Shown here: piece by piece, positions 13,501 to 25,919 of the stretch
Layout of the letters: each line of letters starts with the position of its first letter
Numbering within the stretch: position 1 is the stretch's first letter
Origin: Camelus ferus
Taxonomy: Eukaryota
Direction of reading: 5' to 3'
Length of the DNA stretch: 64,000 bases
NCBI RefSeq assembly: GCF_009834535.1
Contig: NC_045696.1
Location: 61,320,001-61,384,000, forward strand
Translations under genes and position numbers: made by a program
Notes under the pieces: model-generated
What the model was told of the DNA's origin: nothing
Databases searched by the model: none
The model's input: only the letters and a program-made list of their open reading frames with translations

Positions 13501-13828
13501 AAAAAAAAAGACAAATGAACTTATTTACAAAACAGAAATAGACTCAGACATAGAAAACAAACTTATAGTTACCAGAGGGGGAAGTGGGTAGGAAGGAATA
13601 AACTGGGAGTTCAAGATTTGCAGATACTAACTTCTATATATAAAACAGATAAACAACAAGTTCATACTGTATAGCACAGGGAACTATATTCAATATCTTG
13701 TAGTAACTTATGGTGAAAAAGAATATGAAAATGAACATACATATGTTCATGTATGACTGAAGCATTATGCTGTACACCAGAAATTGACACAACATTGTAA
13801 ACTGACTATACTTCAATAAAAATATATA
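10598..13828 (+). mobile_element. ORF1-only L1 (half-L1/HAL1-like): 5' UTR, decayed ORF1 (about 12140-13027), spacer, L1 3' end
   Basis: ORF 12615..12971 is L1 ORF1p (PRHIIIKM, IRLSADFS, QPRILYLARLSF). The 3' end follows at about 13465 with no EN or RT sequence. TSD ttaaaaa(t/a)actt(a/g)ccac at 10581 and 13829. Confidence 0.85.
13311..13386 (+). mobile_element. Very short L1 3' terminus inserted in the ORF1-only element
   Basis: Near copy of 13765-13820 plus an A tail; TSD aaaaacgg(gg)tacacaa. Confidence 0.85.
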
Positions 13829-16063
13829 TTAAAAAAACTTGCCACTATTAAAAATAAAAATTTTAATGACACTTTGTTGTTTTTCTGCATATAAAAGAAA
13901 TATTTATTTAAAATCATACAGTTATAGAAAAGTCTAAAGAGGTAAAGATGTAAATAACATATCTCATATATTACATATAAAAACTCATAAAGAAATAAAA
14001 ATTACCAATAACCCCACTACCCAGAGACAGCTGCCTCTAATAACATGATATATTTATCTTGAACATTGACATGTATGCACAGCTATCTGTCCATCTGTAG
14101 TTTATATCATTCAATAGATACAATTACATATGCTACTTTTTCACTTAACGTATTATAAGTATTTCCAAAATCTCCTATAATGTGATTTTTAATAGCTTCC
14201 TGTTATCTGTTCATAGAGACAAAAAATTTATTCAATTAGTCTTCTTTTTCTAACTATTTTGGTTATTTATAAAGTTTTTCAATATTTTAAACAGTACTAA
14301 GATAAACATCTCTATGTATATACTGTTACTCATCTTTCTGAGCATTTCAGTAGACTCATTTCCCAGAAGTGAAGGTATTGAGGCAAAGACTGCGTATCTT
14401 GAGGCCGATGGGGGCCACACGCTGATGGAGGCCTTCTCTGCCGAGCCTGTTCTTGTTCACAGGGCACAGCTGGCCAGGTGCTCGGTGCTCTGTCCCTGCC
14501 TGTGTTCAGAGGGCCCCAGACTTTCTCTCCTTTGACTTCTGCTAGATTTGACTCCTGCAGGTGCTGAGGAACTAAATGCTCTGGAATTTAAGCAACGTAA
14601 AACAGGGCCCCCGTGTCTGACAGCTTACAAAAAGTCTAGCATCTACATTGCTGGCAGGAACTCAGAGATGGTCCCATCCAACAGTTATTTCATGGAAGAA
14701 AATGAGGCATGCAGAGGGGAGTGATATTCCTTTTTCTTGATGGATGAACTGAGCTAAAACTGAACTTAGGCCATCACCCCAGGCCATCACCCCAGGGAGG
14801 GCTGGGGTCACAGCAGAGAGTAAATTCTCCAGCTCCCTGGACTAAGTGCCAGGTTCCAGAACAGCTGCAGGGTCACTCAGGGCCATCATTTGGCAGCCTC
14901 AGTGACAACCGCCTCATGACCACATATTGGCTCTCAAGAGGAGCCAGGAAAACTCTCCAGGACACTGGCTCAGACCCTCTTCCTACAGTAAAACCTGGTC
15001 TTAAGATTACCAGCACAGGCAGGCATGTGGTGGATGGTCTGCACTTGGCCAAACAGAGGCAGAGAAGACCCAGACTCGCCCTGTGCAAGAAATGGAGTGG
15101 GGACGGGGCAGGGAAGGGACCCTGCCTTCACCGAGCACCTGCTGTGTGTCATGCTCTGTGCTGGGCACTCTACCGTCTCTCCCTCAGTCCTCAATTCTAC
15201 CCTGGGATGTAGGCATTAGCCCCCTTTTGCAGATTAGGCTCAGAAAAGTTAAAGAACTTGGCCGAAGGTCAAACCGATAGCAAATGCAGTCAGGATTCCA
15301 ACGCAGGGTGCCTGCCTACGGCTGCAGTGTTCTGAGCACTCACTGCTCATGAAGACTCTGAACACTCGTCAGCATACAGAATAAAAAAACAGATACACAA
15401 GCATACACGCATCTGGAAACTGATTCCATCACAGTAAGAGGACAAATGAGAGGGAAGTTCAGTCAAGTATGTCAAGAGGTGGCACTGGTCCCTCTAGCTC
15501 CAAGGCTCCGAGTCCTGGAATGCTGCTAGGAGCAGGAGGACCAATCTGAGGGCCTGTGTCCAAAGACCCTCATGATGACCTCGAGAAAGAGGCAGCAGCT
15601 GTGGGGAAGGAAAGGGCATTGTGCGGGGGCCAGGGACTGGATGCCACTCCCGGCTGAGCCAGGAGGGCTGTGTGAGCCTCAGTGAGACACTCCACCTCTC
15701 TGAACTTAGCTCTTCACATATAAAATGGGAAAACTCCCCTCATCCTCCTCCAGCCATCACCCCATTTCACTCCTCCCCACAACAGCAAAACTCCTTCAGA
15801 ATGTTGTCTATCCTTGCCTCCAAATCTTTTTTCTAATTCTTTTTAAAATTTTTCTCTTTTTATGAGTTACTTCTTAGATAAAAATAACATATTATATGTT
15901 ATAAAAGAAATTAAAACAAACCGATGCACCTCCCAGTCAGCTTTAGACAAAGAGAATATGAAGGCATCTGAAGTCCCCAGTCACATCCCTCTCCCCTCCA
16001 CCCAAGTACCCACTATTCCAAAGGTGGCATCTATCATTCCTTTCCTTTTCACTAAACTTGGTG

Positions 16064-18485
16064 TTTCTAACTGAAGTATAATTTACCTAAACACTACGTT
16101 AGCTTCAGGTATACAACACAGTGATTGGGTATTTCCATACATTACAAAACGATCACCACAATAAGTCTACTCACCGTCTGTCATCCTACAAAGGTATTAT
16201 AACACTGCTGACTATATTCCCCATGCTGTATATTTCACCCCTGTGCTCATTTACTTTGTAAATGGAAGTCTACCTCTTAATCGTCCTCAACTATTCTACT
16301 CCTCCCCGACTCCCTCCCCTCTGGCAACCACCTGTTTGTTCTCTGTATCTAGGAGTCTGTTTCTGTTTTGTAATGTTTGCTCACTTGCTGTGGTTTTTAG
16401 ATTCCACACAGAAGTGAATTCTTATGACATTTGTCTTTCTCTAACTTATTTCACTTTGTGTAATACCTTCAAGGTCTATCCACGTTGTTACAAATGGCAG
16501 GATTTCATTCTTTCTTACGGCTCAGTACTGTTCTATTGTATACATACCATATCTTTTTTTATCCATTCATCTATTAATGGACACTTAGGTTGCTTTCATA
16601 TTATGGCTATTGCAAATAAAGCTGCAGTGAACATAGGGCTGCATATATCTTTTCAAATTATGTTTACTATTATGTTAAATTATGTATATTATTATGTTTT
16701 CATTTTCTTTGGAAAAATACCCAGAAGTGAAATAGCTAAATCGTATGGTGGTTCCACTTTTAATGTTTGAGAAACCTCCATACTGTTTTTCCAATGGCTG
16801 CACAAATTCCCACCAACAGTGCACAAGGGTTCCCTTTCCTCCACATTCTTGCCAATATTTATTTTTCTTTTTGATAAGCCATTCTGCAGGTGTGAAGTGA
16901 TATGTTATTGTAGTTTTGATTTGCATTTCCCTGATTAGCGATGCTGAGCATCTTTTCATGTGTCTGTTGGCCACCTGTGTGTTTTCTTGAGAAAATGTCT
17001 ATTCAGTTCTTCTGTTTTCTTCCCCAGGTTAAAGAAGTTTTGAGCTATTATCTCTTTAAATAAGTTCTCTGCCCCTTTCTCTCTCCTCCTTCTAGGACCC
17101 CTATAATGCAAATCTTTGTATGCTTGATGTTGTCCCGGAGGTCTCTTAAACTATCCTCATTTTTAAAAATTCTTTTGTTTTGTTTAACTTGGGTGGTTTC
17201 TACTATTCTGTCTTCCAGTTTGCTGATTTGTTCCTCTGTACTGTCTAGTCTACTGTTGATTCCTTCTAGTGTTTTTTTTTTTATTTCAGTTATTGTATTC
17301 TTTAGCTCTATTTGGTCTTCTTTGTATTTTATAACTCTTCATTAAAGTTCTTTCTGTGTTCACCCATTCTTCTCCAATGTTCATTGAGTATCTATGTGAT
17401 CATTACTTTTAACTCTTTATTGGGTAGATTATCTCCATGTTGCTTAGTTCTTTTTCTGGGGTTTTATTTTATTCCTTCATTTGGGACATACTTCTCTGTT
17501 GCCTCATTTTGCCCAATTCTCTGCTTTTATTTCTATGTATTGGGTAGTTTGGTTACACTTCCCAATCTTGGAGAAGTGGCCTTATATAGGAGTCATCCCA
17601 CAGAGCCCAGCAGCACACTCCTCTCTGGTCGCCAGAGCTGTATGTTCTAGGCATGCCCTCTATGTGAGCTGTGTGGGGCCTTCTGTTGTGGCAGGGCCGG
17701 CCACTGTGGGTGCACTGATAGGCAGGGCTGGCCCGTGTGGAGGCTGCCAGCCCACTGGTGGGTGGGGCTGGGTTTCCAGGTCCTAGGGGTTCCTGGGGCT
17801 GGTGCTGGCCCATTGGTGGGCAGGTAAGCCCCCAATGCTAACAGGCTAAGGGGAGGACTCCAAAATGGCACTAGCCAGTACCAGTGTCCTTGTGGTAGAA
17901 TAACCTCCCCAAAACGGCCGCCAACAGCATCTGTGTCCCCACGGGAAGTCCCTGTTGCCTCCTGCCTCTCCAGGAGGCTCTCCAAGATCATCTAGTGGAG
18001 CTGACCCAGTCTCCTTCCAAACTACCGCCTCTGCACAAGGTCTTGGAGCATGTGAGATTTTGCATGTGCTCTTTGGGAGCGGAGTCTCTATTTCTTAAGC
18101 CCTCCAGCTCTCCCGTACACAAGCCCTGCTGGCCTTCAGAGCTAGATGTTCTGGGGGCCCATCTTCCCAGTGCAGGACTCCTAGGCTGGGGAGCCCGATG
18201 TGGAGCCCAGACCTCTCACTCCTTGGGGAGACCCTCCACAATGATAGTTAGCTACTGTTTGTGGGTTGCCCATCCAGCTGTGTGGGTCTGACTATATAGC
18301 ATCTCCACCTCTCCTGCCCATCTCATAGGTTCCTTCTTTATATTTTTAGTTGTGGAAAATCTTTTCCACTTGTCTTCAGGTCATTCTCATCAATAGTTTT
18401 TCTGTAAATAGTTGTACTTCTGGTGTGCCTGTGGGAAGAGGTGAACTCAAGGTCTTCCTACTCTGCCATCTTGGCCACTCCCCTC
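16064..18485 (-). mobile_element. Internally deleted L1 (5' UTR + half ORF1 fused to ORF2 end + 3' UTR)
   Basis: L1-type 5' end (ccaagatggcagagtaggaaga on -) near 18470; ORF1-like sequence to about 17012; then ORF2 C-terminus (ORF 16675..16974, HCWWE). Confidence 0.8.
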
Positions 18486-18568
18486 TCGTCAAACCTGTAA
18501 GTATTTTTGTATCCCTAAATTTTATATAAATGGTATTTCATTAAATGTATTCTGCCACTTTCGAAATT

Positions 18569-18997
18569 TGTTATGGATTGAATTGTGCTCCCCTACCCCC
18601 AGAAAAGATTGTGTTATGAGTCTTAACCCCTAGTATTTCAGAACATGTCCTTTTTTGGAGATAAGGTCTTCACAGAGATAGTCAAGTTAAAATGACATTA
18701 GAGTGGGCTCTAATCCAATATGACTGGTCGCCTTATAAAAAGGGGGAAATTTGAACACAGAGCTACAAACACATGGAAGACACCATATGAAGAATGGAGT
18801 AATGTCGCCAGCTGCCAAAGAACTACCAGATGCTCAGAGAAAGGCCAGATCCTTCCCTAGTGCCTCCAGAGGGAGCATGGCCCTGCCAACACCTTGATCT
18901 TGGACTTCTAGCCCCCAGAACTGTGAGAGAATATACTTATTGTTCAAGCCACCCAGTCTGTGGCACTTTGTTATGGCAGTCCCAAGAAAGGAATACA
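18569..18997 (+). mobile_element. MaLR MLT1-type LTR
   Basis: Starts tgttatggattgaattgtg, ends ttgttatggcagtccc..aataca. Confidence 0.88.
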
Positions 18998-19574
18998 TCA
19001 TTCAACAACATAATCTTGAAATTCACTTGTTAATGAAGGAAGCTGAGGTTTATTCGTTTTCTCTGCCATGTTCCATTACATGATAGATCACCATTTATCC
19101 ATTTTACTTTGAAAAGCTATATGGCTTGCTTATAGGTTTTTGATATGGCAAATGGTGCTGCCCTGAACCTCCTGCACGGTGTGTCCTACAGGGAACTGCC
19201 CTTTGGCTCTAGAAGGCAGGCGCAGGCCTTGACTGGGCAGCAACAACAGCAGCAAGAACATACTCAGCACAAAAACCCTAACTGTTATCTCCTTTGCCAA
19301 TATGGTGGGTGTAAAATGGTATTTCCTAGTGTCTTCAATTTGTGTTTTCCTGGTTTTTAATAAAGTTAGGCATCTTTTTATGTTTACCAACAATGTACAT
19401 TTTCTCTTCACAAAACACCTCGTTGCACTTTCCTTGTCTTTTTCCTTACTTATTTCCAGAAGTTTTTTATGGACACTGGACTCTAATCCTACCTTGGCTG
19501 CGTGTTGCAAGTATCTTCTCCAGTTTTGCACTTTTTTGCTTTATTTATAGGATCCTTTGAGGAACAGAATTTTT

Positions 19575-19772
19575 TTTTTTTTTCCTTTTAAATGGACTTG
19601 ATTTTTTTTTAGGGCAGTTTTAGGTTCAGGGCAAAATTACAGAGCAGAGAGTACAGAGGGTTCCCATATACCCCTGACCCTCACACAGGCACAGCTCCCC
19701 CACCTCCAAAATCCTCCACCAGAATGGTACATTTGTTACAATTGATTTACCTCCATTGATACATCATTATCA
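19575..19772 (-). mobile_element. Short L1 3' end within older L1 debris
   Basis: T run then gcagttttaggttca..gcaaaatt..gtacagag.gttcccatatacccc, characteristic of L1M 3' termini. Confidence 0.7.
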
Positions 19773-20883
19773 GCTTTTCATTTTAATGTAGTAGAATTTA
19801 TTCATATTTTTCTTAACAGTTAGTGCTTTCAATAAATTCTTTGTATCTCAAGGTCATAGAGATATACTCCTATGCTCTGTTCTTAAGCATTTATATTCTG
19901 CCTGTCATGTCGTTAATGGACCTGGAATTGATTTCTGAGACTGCTGTGTAGCAGGAATCTAAAATAGGCAGGAGCACCTATCCTGCTTTTCTTATAGGGT
20001 TATTGTGAAGATCAGAAAAGAAAATGTGTGTGAAAGGACACTGAGAGCTGTCCAACAATGTGCAGATCCGGGTGCCCATGATGCTAATTTGATGAGAAAG
20101 CCATTTGAGAGAAGGTTGCTTCAGCCCTTGACTTGCTAATAAATTGTTTGCATGTTAGATTGCCAATAGGGCAGGCAGAAACAAAACCTCCTTCCCTCTT
20201 CTGAGGCTAGAGGACATGTGTAGCCTTTGTAAGAAAGCAAGTTCCAGTAAAACCTCTGGTGTTGGTCTCCCCTTCACCCACATTGCACACTCCATCAGCC
20301 ACCTGACGTTAGCAAATGTGGTTGCAAAGACAAGCCCTGAGTCATAGAGAAAAGATTAAATTACACTCAGGAAATCTGCTCATCAAAGTGCATGAGTAAT
20401 AAGATTCAGAAAGATGTCTGTCAAAAGTAGCAAAAAGCAAGCATGGGTGCTTCCCAGAGAGCCTGCTGTACCCCTTCCCAGGCTGATGGCTCCACCCCAG
20501 CTCCTGGAGAAGCGGCAATAGCTAAGGATGCGACTGTGACACTTGCGACTGGGGACCCCAGCAACCTTCCTGGATGAGGTAACTGAGCTCAAGGAGGAGA
20601 TGGGGCCAACTTCTGGGAGCTGGGAGATTCAGATCCAAGAAGGCAGGTCTGCAGTGACTGAGGGCTGGTTAGAGGTGGAGGGCTGAGAGCCCCAGGGGCG
20701 GGGGTGGGGGAGGGCAGGCCCAAGGGGAGGCCATGCTGCTGGGGGAAGCTGATAAACTCAAAAGCACCTTTTGGCCTCAGAAGGTGGCATTGTTCGTGCT
20801 CTTTGAAGCATACCATGACTGAGAGACAGAGCTTAGGCAAGCCCTGGCCAGATGCCTGCTACCCAGGCCTGTGCCACTGGCCT

Positions 20884-21373
20884 TGTAATAGGAACAAATC
20901 TGACCCCATATTGGATCTGTTTCTTTTACTTTAACTTTTGTATTCTATTGTATTTGCTACGATTTAATAACTAAAAAAATGTTACCTATAGCCTAAAATA
21001 TACAAAATAGCCCATTCTCAAAGCTCTGGTCTTTAAAGGTATAACACTTTTCCATTCATATAGAGGCAAAATTTGCAGAACAAAGAATAACATTTGTCTT
21101 GTTGGAGGTCTGTAGGAACACTGTGACCAGACCTACACGGACAGCTCAAGAACAAAGGATTCTAGCACCAAGAAGTTTGCAACGACCAACCACGCCCCTC
21201 CCCTTTTAGTATAAAAGCCTGAATTCTAACACAGGGAAGATGGTTCTTTGAGACACTAGTCCACCATCTTCTTGGTCTGCTGGCTTTCCAAATAAAGTCA
21301 CTATTCCTTGCCGCAACAACTAGTCTCTCGATTTATTGGCCTGTTGAGCAGTATAAGCTAGGACTCGGTAACA
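20884..21373 (+). mobile_element. Solo ERV1-class LTR
   Basis: TGT...ACA termini, perfect 4-bp TSD gcct, TATAAAA at 21210, AATAAA at 21291. Confidence 0.88.
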
Positions 21374-21668
21374 GCCTCACTGGGAGGGACTGGAGGAAGG
21401 GAGGGCTGTAAAAGGGCCTTGGGGAATGGTTTGGGGGTGACAGGTGTGTTCAGTATCTTGATTGTGGTGGCATTTCACACATGATGTACATGTGTCAAAA
21501 CTTACCAAATTGTACCCTTTAAATATGTCCAGTGTTGTTAATTATATCTCCATAAAGCTGTTAAAAATTACAAAAGAGCATGGTGGTAATTTTTATTACA
21601 TATGCATGTTGATACACAGAAGAAAGACTGGAAGGATGTTCCCCCAAATGTTAACAGTGGTTAGTTCT

Positions 21669-21755
21669 GGGGGTATAGCTCAGTGGTAGAGCGTGTGCTT
21701 AGCATGCACAAGGTCCTGGGTTTAATCCCCGTACCTCCATTAAATTTTTTTAAAA

Positions 21756-21818
<63 letters not shown>

Positions 21819-21848
21819 ATCTAATTACCTCCTCCCCACAAAGAAAAA
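21669..21848 (+). mobile_element. tRNA-Ala(AGC)-derived SINE with expanded (AAAT)n
   Basis: Head is close to tRNA-Ala; TSD aaca(g/a)tggttagttctggg at 21653 and 21849. Confidence 0.92.
21753..21820. repeat. (AAAT)n microsatellite inside a SINE
   Basis: About 17 perfect units. Confidence 0.95.
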
Positions 21849-23071
21849 AACAATGGTTAGTTCTGGGTTGTGGGATTAGAGAGAATTTAACTTTTCTTCT
21901 TTGTGTTTTGCTATACATTAAAAAATTTCAAAAACAGATGTTTTACTTTTGTAGTCAGGTTAAAAAAAAAAGTGTTTACTTCCCAGTAAGAGCAGTCTCC
22001 AAGTCATAGGGATCCTGTGAAGACAGGCATCCGTGGAGCCAAGGCGAGCAGCGGGCTGCCGGCAGAGGGGCTGCAGTACCTGAGGCAACCAGCTTCATAC
22101 AGAACAAGCCGGCCCTGGGTCAAAGTTCAGCGCTGCCGTTTCTTTGCTGAGTGGCCTTGAGCGAGGAATTTGACCATTTGGCGCCTCAGTTTCCCCGATT
22201 ATAACATGGGGATGATTGTAGCAGCCTCTGAAGGTGGCTGAGAGGTTGAGCGAGCTCTCAGCAGTGTTCCCACAGCACAGTAGAGACGGGGCTGGGGGGG
22301 GGGGGGCGGGTAGTAGCTGCTGTTCCCTCCCTCTCTCAGCTTCAAAGTATTAGAAAGAATCTAGAACTGACTTACAAAAAGCTTCATTTTTTAAAAGATA
22401 AAAATAAAGAGAGTTGACTAATCTCTAGAACAAAGTTCTGGAATTGAAAGTTTTTGAGGTTTCTCTTACCTAGTACCAGAAATCTTTATCTCTCAACCAA
22501 CTGTAAGCACCATTTGTGCCCTCCCCCATCCCCGCCAGCAAGTGTGCCCCCTCCCATTCCCCTTGAACATCCCCCTTCCCTGATGCTCTGATGTGAGTTA
22601 CCCCAGGTCCCTTCTCTTGCAGCTGCTTTTTGGGGGCAAAGACTAAACTTCACCCCCCTCTTTGTTCCTTTTCTGCAGACACGAGAGTAACCATCTGTGC
22701 CCTCCCTGCCCTCCATGCCCTCCATGCCCTGCCCAATCTTTGGCTTGGCTTACCCTTCAGGGGTCTGAGTGCTGTCCCTAACTGCCGGAGTCTGCTGTCC
22801 TGGGCAGCTTACCATGCTTCCCTGAGCCTCAGCACCCTCATCCATCTACTGGGGCTGATTCCTCCTGCCCGACTTGGCTCAAGTGTTTTGTGACTTGTGC
22901 ATTAAGCCTCACACAACACAAGTGAGACCAAATTTTCTTCAGTTGCCACCAGTCCCGGGGCAGAGGAAACCCTCTCTGACAACCACCCTCCACCTGAGGG
23001 TGGGGTCCAGCCCCTGAGGACATCACACACTTCATTGTGACCGCCCTTTTATGGTCAGTTGTCTTCAAGTT

Positions 23072-23533
23072 TTGGACAAAAATTTCCACATTTCAGTAAA
23101 CAATGAACGTGGCCTGCCATCAAGCCATCAGCCACTGCAGCCACGCCAGCAGTACACCCTGAGGGGGATTCAGGATTGAGGAAACAGAACTCTGGTCCTA
23201 GACAGTTGGGATGCATATCTAAGGAATGATTTCAATGAGCCCAGACTCTTGCATCTTCCCAAACACAGAAAAGCACTAAAATCATTAACTTGAGATGTCT
23301 GGTTTTTGTAACTAGCAGTAATCCTTTGATGTTTTGACTATATGTTTTGGTTTGTTTTTGTTTTTGTTTTTTTCCAGCAAAACCTCCTATATATCCTGGC
23401 TCCTCCCTTACCTCTTCGGAGTAGTTCTTCAGATCTTTCTGAGAGGCTGTCTCTTGGGCTATAGTCTTCAGTAAGTTTCCTTAATAAAACACAACTAGTA
23501 ACTTTCAGGTTGTGTGTTCTTACGCAGCCTACA
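23072..23533 (+). mobile_element. Second solo ERV LTR (different family)
   Basis: TATATA 23388, AATAAA 23483, GT-rich U5 ending ...aca; imperfect TSD agtt/agtc; 5' boundary approximate. Confidence 0.65.
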
Positions 23534-23952
23534 AGTCTTACTGAAATCTTCTGCTGGCTGGTCATTAAAGCTTCAAGCACACGCCCTTCTCCTCCCTCTC
23601 AGGGGACTCCAAGTCCCTTGAGGCCAAGGCCACCTCATTCATCTTTCAGCCCCTCCCCCTTTGCTTTTCACTCAACAAATCCACCCCTTGCATAGAGGCA
23701 GCTCATCATGTGCGTTCATTACTGGTTTGTTAGTTCTGTTTTAACCAGTGTTTACGTCTCTGGCAGCCATAGCCAGAGACTATTAAAACTATTGAATTTT
23801 ATCATGACAATAGAACAAAGGCAGAGGGTCAGGTCAGCAACTGATCATTCCAAAGGTGAAAGCACACCCTAAGGGCTGTACAAGAGGCACTAGGACAAAA
23901 GGTCTGCAATGGTGCTCCTATAGGAAGGGCCCCTGACCCCACGTCACCCATG

Positions 23953-23953
<1 letters not shown>

Positions 23954-23987
<34 letters not shown>

Positions 23988-23991
23988 TGTG
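23954..23991. repeat. (TG)n microsatellite
   Basis: Direct inspection. Confidence 0.95.
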
Positions 23992-25757
23992 TTGGGGGAA
24001 GGGGGTGACCGTGTCGGGGACAGTGTCTGAGTGTCTGGATTTGTGGGTGGGGATGCATTTGCAAAGTTTACAGCTTTCTTTTGACTTAAATCCTTCTCAC
24101 TTACCACCACATTGCATGTTAAAGGCCTGTTGGAGGTCAATTCTAGGCCAGACCAGTGGTTAAAAGAACCTGAAGGGGTGAGTTATTAAGTTCCTCCTCC
24201 AAGTTCAAGATCCCTGAGGGGCCCAGCCTGGCAGGCCTCTGCCTGTCTTTTGTCTCTGCCTGATTCTCCTTCTCACCATCTCCCCACCCCGCTCCCCACC
24301 TCCTTAATCACCAATCAGTCTTGCTATCTGCCCTACCACAGGCATGAGGTCAGCCAGTCTGATGCAACCGTTTCTGGTCCAAAAACAAACCCCTGCCTGG
24401 CACAGTTCACCAACAGAGAGGTGAGCTTTGAACTGCCAGCCCAGGGCTCCACAGCCCACCGCTTCACCGCCCAACCTCCTCAGTGGTCCTGCGGGGAGCC
24501 CTCTCTCCAGGCCAACTACCCCTGGTCATGGCCATTGACCATGGCCACTTCCTCACTGAGAGACCTTGGGCAACTCGCCTCTCAGCACCTGTTTCTGCCT
24601 CTGGAAAAGGAGACAATAACACCTACTCATAAGACTTTCATGAGCATTAAATGAGAAAACAGTGTTTCCCAAACTTCAGTCATTCAACTTCCCGACACAA
24701 TTTTTACCATAAGCACACATCACCTACTCTATTTTCCACTTAGTGTTTGTCATCAAATCAACTTTAAATCATCTCACTTTGTAAACAAATACACTTTGCT
24801 GAAGAACACAGAGCACACGCAATAGATTAATATATGCAGCCACTCTCATTTCTTTCACTTGATCTGTTTTAAAAACTCCTGTTTCCAAATCCTTCAATTT
24901 TTTGTCAGGTCAAGCCTCTTTTCAGCTAGCTATATTCTTTTCTAATACTCATTGCCATAAATGCTGAACTATGAGTATACAAAGTCCTCTGGGGAAGAGA
25001 CGTGCTTTGGGAGACCCAGACGGGCAGCCCTGAGCCCGCTCCCAAGGCAGGGTGCAGTGGCTGTGGACCGTGGGGAAACCTTAGTCTGGGGGAACTGCCA
25101 GCCACCTGGAGAGCCAGGACTGGGGCCCTCCACTCCAACCCCACCCCACCCCAGCCAGGAGACAGAGGGGCACAGGGGACCACGAGCCCTAGGGCCTAAC
25201 TGAAGTGAGATGTCAGCTCATCCAGGGAGTCCCACCTTCAGGCACCAATAGACCGCATACCTCCGACAAGTCGGTACCTGTGGACCAAGTGCTGGAAAAG
25301 CTGAGATGGGGCAAGGGGGTGAGGGCAGATCTGGCCTTCATTAAGCCCTAGAACTGTGTGGGCAGGCAGGGCCTGACTCCATGAGCTCAGAGCGGCCTGC
25401 CCTACCAAGGATTTAAGGGTGTGGGGACTGGAGCTTTATCTCTTCAAAAACAAGTCAATTAAGTGGCACACAGGGCCTCGTGTAACAACCCTGTGACTGC
25501 CCTCTGCACCGTCAGTTTATAAAGCACTTTCACACTCTGCCTGGTACCTCACCCTATGAGGTAGTTGGGGCAACTCCAGGACTGTTACCCAGTTCACAGA
25601 TGATGAAACCAGGGCTCAGAGATGCTGAGGCGTGAGTTCTCCCAAGACAGCAGGGAGTGGGAGGCGGTGTGGGATATTTACCGGGCACCTATTATGAGCC
25701 GGATGTTCCCATATCATACCTCATTTAATCCTTGGGACAGTCCTGTGGGGTATGGAC

Positions 25758-25919
25758 TTTTTTTTTTTTTTTTTTTTTTTTGCTTGTATTGTTTGTTTCA
25801 TGAGGGGGAGGTAATTAGGTTTATTCATTTATTTCTGCTTGGAGGGGGTACTGAGGATTGAACCCAGGACCTCTTGCATACTGAGCATGTGCTCTACCAA
25901 TTGAGCTATACACTTCCCC
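25758..25919 (-). mobile_element. tRNA-derived SINE
   Basis: T run followed by the reverse complement of the SINE body (gattgaacccaggacc...gagctata). Confidence 0.9.

Noticed and set aside
21669..21740. Apparent tRNA-Ala(AGC) gene
   Set aside because: It has the SINE body, tail and TSDs, and a mutated B box (GTTTAA); it is a SINE head.
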